A DNA stretch of 64,000 nt from an uncultured Chloroflexia bacterium. Lineage in GTDB: Bacteria > Chloroflexota > Limnocylindria > Limnocylindrales > CSP1-4. Location of the stretch: assembly GCA_963766735.1 (NCBI GenBank), contig CAVYBU010000007.1:192001-256000 (forward strand), in the 5' to 3' direction. The notes below the pieces were generated by a model. The model did not search any database. It saw nothing but the letters and a program-made list of their open reading frames with translations, and had not been told where the DNA came from. The translations under genes were made by a program, and so were the position numbers. Positions 56,868 to 64,000 of this stretch are shown piece after piece; the stretch's first letter is position 1, and every line of letters starts with the position of its first letter.

Positions 56868-58111
56868 GACCCTGCGGGAGAGGCTGTCGGAGCGGCGGGC
56901 GGAGGGGTCGGCGCGGGCAGCTGTTCGGCCGGGACGAACCAGCCCGGCCGGGAGACGCCGTCAAGCCCGGCATTGGAGGTCAGGTCGACGGTCTCCTTGA
57001 CCGTCCACGCCGGACCCGTGCCATCCAGTTGGGCCATCCGGAGGTCCACCACCTGCCCCGAGACGTGGAGAAACGCGACCTGGTCGCCTCTCGGAGACCA
57101 GGCAGGCGCCCAGCTGGCGCCGTCATCGGTCAGGCGGAGGAGCTCCGCCCCGGTCTTCGCGTCGAGGATGGCCACGTCCGTCCCGAACGCGGTGGTTCGG
57201 GTCACGGCGATGTACCTGCCGTCCGACGACCAGGAGGGGTGCAGGTACCCCGGGCCGGTGATCGGGGCCGCCTTCTTCGTATCCACGTTGTAGGAGTAGA
57301 TCCGCGGGACCCCCTTGGCGCCATCGCGCTCGCTTCGGACGTAGGCGAGCCGCAGGCCATCCGGCCGCCAGGCGGGGTCCTGGTGGCCGAGCGGGGCCAC
57401 TTGGCTGAGGCCGAGGTCCTTGATCTTCTCCGTCTTCAAGTCGTAGGTCTTCATGACGACGTCGCTGCGGGTCGGATCGGGCAGATCGGATGCCATTGCG
57501 ATCGTGCGGCCGTCCGGCGACAGCACCGGCTCCCGGATGAAGCCCATCCATTTCCGCTTGCCGGGGGGGTCCACGACGCCATCCAGGATCCGCGTCGCCT
57601 CGCCGCCGGTGGCGGGGATACGCATGATGCTGGGCACGTCCATCCGGTATGGCTTCGACACGCCGTTCACGGTCCACAAGCCGGCCATCTCCCGCGTCCG
57701 GACGAAGTACACGGCGGAGCCGTCCGGCGCGAACGAGGGCATCGAGTCCTTGCCGCCCGTGGTGAGCTGGGTTGCCTTCCCTCGCGCCTGGGTCCAGATG
57801 TTGCCATCCTTGGCGTACAGGAGCGTTCCCGGCACCTCGAGCCCCGGCTTCTCCGTCGGCACGACCACGATCTCGGGTGGCGTCGCCGTCTGGCCGGCCG
57901 TCCCCGGGTCGCCCGACCCGCCGGGGCCCTGCCCCCCGGAACCGCCGGAGAGGAACGGCAGGTTTCCGCTCATCAGCGAGAGCGTCACGAACGCGATCAC
58001 GAGCACACCGACGACGGAAAGCGCGGCGGCCACGGGGAACCCGGATCCGGAGGGCCGGCGCGGATCCCTGGTCGCCGGCGGTCGCGCAGTCGGGCGTGAC
58101 GAACGGGTCAA
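56864..58111 (-). CDS. Membrane-anchored TolB-like (PD40 repeat) beta-propeller protein
   Basis: TTG start overlapping the recJ stop after GGAGG; one TM segment; repeated PxWxPDG motifs. Confidence 0.85.
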   Translation of the reverse strand: MTRSSRPTARPPATRDPRRPSGSGFPVAAALSVVGVLVIAFVTLSLMSGNLPFLSGGSGGQGPGGSGDPGTAGQTATPPEIVVVPTEKPGLEVPGTLLYAKDGNIWTQARGKATQLTTGGKDSMPSFAPDGSAVYFVRTREMAGLWTVNGVSKPYRMDVPSIMRIPATGGEATRILDGVVDPPGKRKWMGFIREPVLSPDGRTIAMASDLPDPTRSDVVMKTYDLKTEKIKDLGLSQVAPLGHQDPAWRPDGLRLAYVRSERDGAKGVPRIYSYNVDTKKAAPITGPGYLHPSWSSDGRYIAVTRTTAFGTDVAILDAKTGAELLRLTDDGASWAPAWSPRGDQVAFLHVSGQVVDLRMAQLDGTGPAWTVKETVDLTSNAGLDGVSRPGWFVPAEQLPAPTPPPAAPTASPAGS

Positions 58112-60024
58112 GCGACACCTCCCGGGACGGGGGTGGCGAGGACGGATCCAACGGCCTTGGCCCCGGGTCCTCCCGCGGCGCGTGCCAGAACCGCGGCGGC
58201 GCGCGGATGCGACCCCGAGGGCGCGACGTCGCGGACCTCGAGCTGGAGGGTCTCGAGCCCGCCGAACGTCCGGCTTGCCAGGCGGGCGACGACATCGACC
58301 CGATCGCCTTCGGCGAGGCCAATCGCGAGGTCTGCCCGGCCGAACGCGATGCCGTCGAGGACGTCGCGCTCGCGGCGGAGCACCAGCTGGGTATGACCGC
58401 CGTTGGCGGCCCGAACGCGCTGCACGGTGAGACCGAGGACGGCGACGAGCGGCTCGGGGTTGCCGGTCCCGCACGGGCCCAGACGGGCGAGATCCCGGTA
58501 GAGGCCGTAGTCCACATAGGATGCGGGCAGGGCGAGGTCCACGGCGAGCGGCCGCCGGGCGTCCTCGGGCTGCGCGACCTCGGCGAGGGCCAGGAATCGG
58601 GCGACGAAGGCATCCCACCGATCCAGAGGAAGCTCGAACCCGGCGGCAGCGGCGTGGCCGCCGTGGCGGATGAACAGGTCGTCGCAGGCGTCGAGGGCAT
58701 CCGCGAGGTTCAGGCGCCCGTCGCCCCGGCACGAGCCGCGCACGACATCGCCGATCCGGGTTCCGATGACCGCGGGACGGCCCGTCTCGTCGGCCAGCCG
58801 GCCGGCGACCAGGCCGATGATCCCCACCGGCCAGGGACCATGGACGATCAAGGCGGGAGAGGCGGCGCCACCCCCGACCACGATCTCTGGCTCAAGCGGC
58901 GCCTGAGCGTCCGGCAGCGCCTGGGCATCCGGCAGCGGCTGGGCATCCGGCAACGGCTGCTGCCCCGGCGCCCGGCCGGGGTCCGGCAGGCCGATCGCGG
59001 ACCGTGCCTCGACGATCGCGCTGCGCATCAGGTCGCGTCGCGCCAGGTTGGCCGTCTCGAGGACCTCGGCGAGCGCGGCGGCCTCGTCCGGCGTCTCGGC
59101 CAGGAGCAGGCGGGCGGCATCCATGGCCTCCCCTACCCTGCCTGCCGCGTTGAGGCGGGGCGCCAGAACGAAACCCACGGTCTCGAGGTCCACCGCGGCC
59201 GGTGCGACCCTCGCCCGCGCCAGGAGCGCGGCGATCCCGGGGCGCGGTGCGGTCCGCATGCGCTCCAGGCCGAGGCGGGCGATCGCACGGTTCTCGCCCA
59301 GGATCGGCACCACGTCGGAGACCGTCCCGATGGTGGCGAGATCCGCCAGGTCGAGCGCGTCGGCCTCGGCGGCCAGCAGCTCGCGCAGGAGCAGGCGCGC
59401 GACGGTGAACGCGACGCCGCTCCCCGACAACCGCGGGTCCGGATACAGGGAGTCGGACCGATGGGGGTTGACCAGCGCCACGGCGGCCGGCAGGACGTCC
59501 GGCAGGTGGTGGTGGTCCGTGATCAGCACGTCGACGCCCCGCTCCACGGCAGCCGCGACCTCGGCGACGCTCGAGGAGCCGGTGTCGACCGTGACGATGA
59601 GGGTCACGCCCGCCTCCGACGCCGCGAACACGGCAGCCATCGACAGGCCGTGACCCTCGTCCAGCCGGGAGGGGACGTACGGGATCACGTCCAGGCCCAG
59701 GCGACGCAGCGCGAGCACCAGCTGGGCGAGCCCCGTCAGGCCATCCGCGTCGAAGTCCCCGAACACCATGACGTGTTCCGCTCGTACCCGGGCGAGCGCG
59801 ATGCGCTCGACCAGCCGGTCCGCGTCCGGGAGGAGTCCCGGATCGTGGAGGCCCGCCAGCGCCGGGCCGAGGAACCCCGCGAGACCGTCGATGTCGGTGA
59901 TTCCGCGCCGGGCCAGGACGGCCGCGGCGAAGGTCCCCAGACCGAGCTCCTGAGCAGCGGCGCGATACTCAGGGGCGAGGCGGACCGGCTCAGGGAAGAC
60001 CCATTGGTGGCGTGCTTCGATCAC
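58108..60024 (-). CDS. recJ: Single-stranded-DNA exonuclease RecJ
   Basis: GDFDADG, TVDTG, TDHH, PRLNAAGR, GGHAAAAG; start 60024 (GTG) or 60036 (ATG). Confidence 0.96.
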   Translation of the reverse strand: MIEARHQWVFPEPVRLAPEYRAAAQELGLGTFAAAVLARRGITDIDGLAGFLGPALAGLHDPGLLPDADRLVERIALARVRAEHVMVFGDFDADGLTGLAQLVLALRRLGLDVIPYVPSRLDEGHGLSMAAVFAASEAGVTLIVTVDTGSSSVAEVAAAVERGVDVLITDHHHLPDVLPAAVALVNPHRSDSLYPDPRLSGSGVAFTVARLLLRELLAAEADALDLADLATIGTVSDVVPILGENRAIARLGLERMRTAPRPGIAALLARARVAPAAVDLETVGFVLAPRLNAAGRVGEAMDAARLLLAETPDEAAALAEVLETANLARRDLMRSAIVEARSAIGLPDPGRAPGQQPLPDAQPLPDAQALPDAQAPLEPEIVVGGGAASPALIVHGPWPVGIIGLVAGRLADETGRPAVIGTRIGDVVRGSCRGDGRLNLADALDACDDLFIRHGGHAAAAGFELPLDRWDAFVARFLALAEVAQPEDARRPLAVDLALPASYVDYGLYRDLARLGPCGTGNPEPLVAVLGLTVQRVRAANGGHTQLVLRRERDVLDGIAFGRADLAIGLAEGDRVDVVARLASRTFGGLETLQLEVRDVAPSGSHPRAAAVLARAAGGPGAKAVGSVLATPVPGGVA

Positions 60025-60145
60025 GGTGCGGAGCATGCCACGTCCGGCTCATCCCGGACTTCTTGCGTCGGATAGCGGCGCGGCGAGCTCATCGCGGGAG
60101 CGGTCTGCGGGCGAACCGGGCTCCAGCGGGAGCCGGGCCCCGGGT

Positions 60146-61399
60146 TCACGTCGCCGAGCGGCGGGCCGGGCGGGCCGCGATCTCGCGTGCTCGCTTCCGG
60201 TCATCCCAGTTGTGCCAGACCACGAGGAGGGGGCTCGCGTTGAAGATCGAGGAGTAGGTCCCGGAGATGATGCCCAGGAGCAGTGCCAGGACGAATGTGC
60301 CGATGGCATCGCCTGCGAACAGCAGCAGCGAGAGCAGCGTGATCACCACCGTGAGGGTCGTTGTGATGGACCGTCCGAACGTCTGCAGAATGGAGTGATT
60401 GACGATCCGGTCGAACGGCTCGCCGGAGTGTCGCGCACGGTTCTCACGGACACGGTCGAACACGACGATGGTGTCGTGGACCGAGAAGCCGATGACGGTC
60501 AGCATCGCCGTGACGAACAGGCCGTCGATCATGACCCCGGCGAACGTGCCCAGGATCGCGAAGATCCCCACGACCACGATCACGTCGTGCAGCAACGCTC
60601 CGAGCGCCGTCACGCCCATCCTGAAGTCCCGGAACCGGTAGGTGATCCAGGCCATGATCCCGATCGAGCCGATCAGGATCAGAAGCAGGGCCTGGGAGAC
60701 CAGGTCGGCGGACACGACGGCACCCACCGTGGACAGGGAGCGCTGCTCAGCGATCGGGCCGAGCTGCTCCTCGAGGGCAAAGCGGACGTCGCCGAATTTG
60801 CCGGTGCTCGGGAGGATGCCGATCCCCGCCTCGGGAGACGACGATGGGCTGGGGGCTGCGCTCGCCGCGGCCGAAGCAGAAGGGGCGGGCGAGGCCGAGG
60901 GCGCCGGCGTGGGTGATGGCGTCGGGGCGGGAGATGCGGACGCGGCAGGAGACCCGGAGGCAGAAGCAGCTGCCGAGGCGGCTGCAGTCGCGGACGGAGC
61001 CGCGGTCGCCGAGGGAGCGGCCGTCGCCGAGGCAGCCGCGCTGGCCGACGCAACCGCCGAGGCGGATGCCGAAGGGGCGATCGTCGGTGGCGGGGTGGGT
61101 GAAGGCTCGGGCGCAGCAAGTGCGGCCTCGCGGGTCCTGATCTCCATGAACCCTTCGCCGGTCTGCGTGACGCTCGCCTCGATCCCCTGGCCCGCGACCA
61201 CGTCCTTGACCTGCTGCGGGCTGACGTTCTCGTCCTCGAACCGGATGGACCAGACGGTGCCGCCGGTGAAGTCGATGGCGAACTGGAGGCCGACCTTGCC
61301 GCCGGTGATGGGGCCCAGGATGATGAAGATCAGGCCGGGGATCATGATCGCGAGGGAGAAGGCGAAGAAGTACTTGCGCTTCCCGATGACGTCAAACAC
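60146..61399 (-). CDS. secF: Protein translocase subunit SecF
   Basis: IDFTGG, LLHD, GFSVHDTIVVFDRVREN, GTYSS. Confidence 0.96.
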   Translation of the reverse strand: MFDVIGKRKYFFAFSLAIMIPGLIFIILGPITGGKVGLQFAIDFTGGTVWSIRFEDENVSPQQVKDVVAGQGIEASVTQTGEGFMEIRTREAALAAPEPSPTPPPTIAPSASASAVASASAAASATAAPSATAAPSATAAASAAASASGSPAASASPAPTPSPTPAPSASPAPSASAAASAAPSPSSSPEAGIGILPSTGKFGDVRFALEEQLGPIAEQRSLSTVGAVVSADLVSQALLLILIGSIGIMAWITYRFRDFRMGVTALGALLHDVIVVVGIFAILGTFAGVMIDGLFVTAMLTVIGFSVHDTIVVFDRVRENRARHSGEPFDRIVNHSILQTFGRSITTTLTVVITLLSLLLFAGDAIGTFVLALLLGIISGTYSSIFNASPLLVVWHNWDDRKRAREIAARPARRSAT

Positions 61400-62750
61400 G
61401 CCCGCGCGCCTCTCCGCGTCGGGCTGCGCGCCCGGTCGTCGGGCGGGCCAGGAACTCCCCGTCCGTGACGCCATAGAAGGCCGCCTTGCGTGCCCATGGC
61501 TGAGCGACGATGATCCGGAGGACCGACCGGGTGACGGTAATGGCCGTGAACATCGACACGAGGACGCCGATGATCAGCACCAGGCCGAAGCCCTTGATCG
61601 TTGAGGAGCCGAACAGGAACAGGATCGTGGCCGTGATGAGGCTCGACACGTTGGAGTCGAGGATCGAGTTCCAGGCCCGGTTGAACCCGGCCTCGATCGC
61701 CGCCGGCAGGCTCTTGCCCACCCGGAGCTCCTCTTTCGTCCGTTCGAAGATGAGGATGTTCGCATCCACCGCCATGCCCACCGAGAGCACGAAGCCCGCG
61801 ATGCCGGCCAGCGTCAGGGTCACCCCGAGAAGCCGGAAGACCGCGTAGACGATCAGGGTGTAGAAGATGAGGGCGCCGCTGGCCACGACGCCGGGCAGCC
61901 GGTAGTGGACGATCATGAAGAACATGACCATCAGGATCGCGATGACGCCGCCCAGGAGCATCTGGGACAGGAACGCCTCGCCGAGCGTCGGGCTGACAGT
62001 CGTGTTCGCGAGCTCCTCGATCGGGTACGGCAGCTGGCCGAACTGCAGGATCGTCACCAGGTTCTGCGCCTCGTCCAGCGGATAGCCGCCGATGCCACCG
62101 GACGAGATCTGGACCTGGCCGTTGGGGATGGAGCTCTGGATGATGGGGGCCGTGATGACCTTGCCGTCCAGGACGATGGCGAAGTACTGGCCGACGTGCT
62201 CCGCGGTGTAGTTGGCGAACAGGTCCTTCCCCTCGGCCTCGAGGGTGAAGTTCACGGTCCGCTGACCGGTCTCGTCGGCGCCGATGCTGGCGGCGGCAAC
62301 CTGGTCACCCGAGAAGAGCGGCGGGAACTGGGTGAGGTCCAGCTCCTGGCCCGAGGTGGCGGTCGTCGTGCCGAGGGGCACGAAGTCGAGCCGGCCCGTC
62401 GTGCCCACCAGCTTGCGGATCTGGTCCGCGTTCTGGATGCCGGGCATCTCCACGATGATGCGGTCCGGGTCCTGCACCACGACCTGGGGCTCCGAGACAC
62501 CGGACGCGTCGACGCGGTTGAGGATGATCTGCTTGAGGACCTCGAGGTCTGCCTTGGTGGGCACCTTCCCCTCGGCCGGGAGCACGCGGTACTCGATCCG
62601 CAGGCCACCCTGCAGGTCCAGGCCGAGCTTGGTCTCGGCCACCGCTGCCTCTCCGGAGGGGCTGAGGGACGGCAGGGGCAGCGGGAAGATGACCGCCACC
62701 AAGGCGAGCAACCCGACGACGACGATCAGGATCGGACCGGTTCTACGCAT
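61392..62750 (-). CDS. secD: Protein translocase subunit SecD
   Basis: LGLDLQGG, GVSEP, GMAVDANILIFER, DSNVS, KGFG. Confidence 0.97.
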   Translation of the reverse strand: MRRTGPILIVVVGLLALVAVIFPLPLPSLSPSGEAAVAETKLGLDLQGGLRIEYRVLPAEGKVPTKADLEVLKQIILNRVDASGVSEPQVVVQDPDRIIVEMPGIQNADQIRKLVGTTGRLDFVPLGTTTATSGQELDLTQFPPLFSGDQVAAASIGADETGQRTVNFTLEAEGKDLFANYTAEHVGQYFAIVLDGKVITAPIIQSSIPNGQVQISSGGIGGYPLDEAQNLVTILQFGQLPYPIEELANTTVSPTLGEAFLSQMLLGGVIAILMVMFFMIVHYRLPGVVASGALIFYTLIVYAVFRLLGVTLTLAGIAGFVLSVGMAVDANILIFERTKEELRVGKSLPAAIEAGFNRAWNSILDSNVSSLITATILFLFGSSTIKGFGLVLIIGVLVSMFTAITVTRSVLRIIVAQPWARKAAFYGVTDGEFLARPTTGRAARRGEARGRV

Positions 62751-62841
62751 CGGGGCGGGATGATACAGGGGACGGCGCGACCGCGCCGCCCGCTATCGCG
62801 AAGATGATCGGCGCGCGCCCGCGTGCCGGGCGCCGATACCG

Positions 62842-64000
62842 TCAGCTGGCCAGCCGCGGTCCCCCACTGAGCCCGGCGGCACCGGACCGCGGACCACGGA
62901 AGTGCGAGAACAGGAAGGCACTGCCCAGGAGCAGGACCCCCAGTCCGGCGAGAACCAACGCGCGATACGCGACGTCCATCGCAGCCAGGTCGATCACGAA
63001 CACCTTGACCGTTGCGATACCCAGCAGGGCGAAGCCGCCGTGCCGCAGCATCGACTGCCGGCGGACCAGGCCGATGACCAGGAGACACGCACCGATCGCG
63101 GTCCAGCACACGCTGAGCGCCACCTGGGCCTGCTTGCCCAGCTCCTCCGCCGGGATCGAGCCGCCGATGAGACCCTCGAAGATACCGACGATGCCCACCG
63201 ACACGAGGTAGAGGGCCGTGAACCCTGCGCCAACCTCCAGCCACGCCCGCCAGCGGGCAAACGCCACCTGCCGTGCCGCGACGAGCAGGCCGATGGCCAC
63301 CGTCGAGAGGGACAGGGCCCACGCTGCGAGCATCGCGGGACGGCCCTCCTCCACCCAAAGCCGGTCCGGTGGCGCCACGATCCCATAGGCCACCAGCGCC
63401 CCGCCCGTCCACAGGCCGACTCCGACCAGCGTGTACGCCAGGGCACCCCGGGCGTCCAGGCGTGCGATCGCGAGCATCAGCGCGGCGAGCGCAACCCAGA
63501 TGACCACGACCCAGTCCGCGTACACCTCGAACGGAACGAGGAGTGCGGCGATGAGGACCGCGGCGATCACGCCCGCCTGGCGGACGGCCGCGAGGCTGGT
63601 CCAACGTGCGGCAGCCAGGGCCGAGGCGGCCAGCAGGGCGGCCGCAAGCGCCCGGTCATCGGTGAACGGGACCGGGGGTGGGGTGACGGAACCCCAGGTG
63701 ACCGGATCGAGGTAGCGCGAGAGGGCGAACACGAGGGCGGACGACCAGGCCACCAGGCCCGCGGCGCCCGCCAGCTGGTCGAACGGGAGCGCGTCCTGAA
63801 GCCACGCGTAGCGTCGCGCCTCGGGGAGCCGGACCAGCCCTCGGTCGACGATGACGCCGATCGGCAGCAGGATCGCGAGGAGGCCGACCAGGGCGGTGCC
63901 TTCGACCTCCGATCCGGCGGCCCAGGCGACCAGGAGAATGCCGATACCGGCCAGCGCCGACCGGATCCAGCGGACACCGACGAGAGCTCCGGCCGCGGCC
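62842..64000 (-). CDS. Polytopic membrane protein, DUF2339-like (5' end outside the window)
   Basis: Frame open to the window edge; C-terminal LSVCW...KVFVIDL....YRAL..LG pattern. Confidence 0.75.
   Translation of the reverse strand, partial: AAAGALVGVRWIRSALAGIGILLVAWAAGSEVEGTALVGLLAILLPIGVIVDRGLVRLPEARRYAWLQDALPFDQLAGAAGLVAWSSALVFALSRYLDPVTWGSVTPPPVPFTDDRALAAALLAASALAAARWTSLAAVRQAGVIAAVLIAALLVPFEVYADWVVVIWVALAALMLAIARLDARGALAYTLVGVGLWTGGALVAYGIVAPPDRLWVEEGRPAMLAAWALSLSTVAIGLLVAARQVAFARWRAWLEVGAGFTALYLVSVGIVGIFEGLIGGSIPAEELGKQAQVALSVCWTAIGACLLVIGLVRRQSMLRHGGFALLGIATVKVFVIDLAAMDVAYRALVLAGLGVLLLGSAFLFSHFRGPRSGAAGLSGGPRLAS

Overview
Very GC-rich (~70% by eye) bacterial chromosome segment, almost entirely minus-strand housekeeping operons. 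Gene content and order suggest Chloroflexota, probably a Limnocylindria/Ellin6529-like lineage (inference). Left to right: DUF3352-like gene (partial), ffh, MFS transporter, ftsY-smc-rnc-acpP-nusB-asp23-plsX-rpmF-DUF177-hyp-coaD-rsmD-recG-fakA-asp23, rpmB, dtd-rpe-rlmN-fmt-def, hyp-priA-gmk-rluD-lspA-ileS, LCP protein, ilvE, CaCA-DUF1634-TauE, rpsR-ssb-rpsF. A small accessory islet follows at ~39.7-44.3 kb (orphan CpaE-like protein, 20-bp tandem repeat between two hairpins, secreted Asp/His-rich protein, lipoprotein, small ORFs). Then eight tRNAs, htpX-lemA, an orphan peptide-binding protein, secG-gpmI-tpiA-whiA-yvcK-rapZ-tatC-tatA-pyrF-TolB-like-recJ-secF-secD and a partial DUF2339-like gene. 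I found no CRISPR array, integrase, transposase or rRNA, and no clear-cut novel multi-gene system. The most notable signals are an IleRS with GVHH/PMHKS signature motifs (mupirocin hyper-resistance type), extended -10 promoters embedded in gene ends (coinciding with rare TTA/CTA codons and stop codons) and driving leaderless starts, a likely CTG start codon, an S6:S18-type leader RNA, and the accessory islet. Three frameshifts (priA, tatA, Asp/His protein) most likely reflect read or assembly indels. All family calls come from recognised motifs, not database searches.
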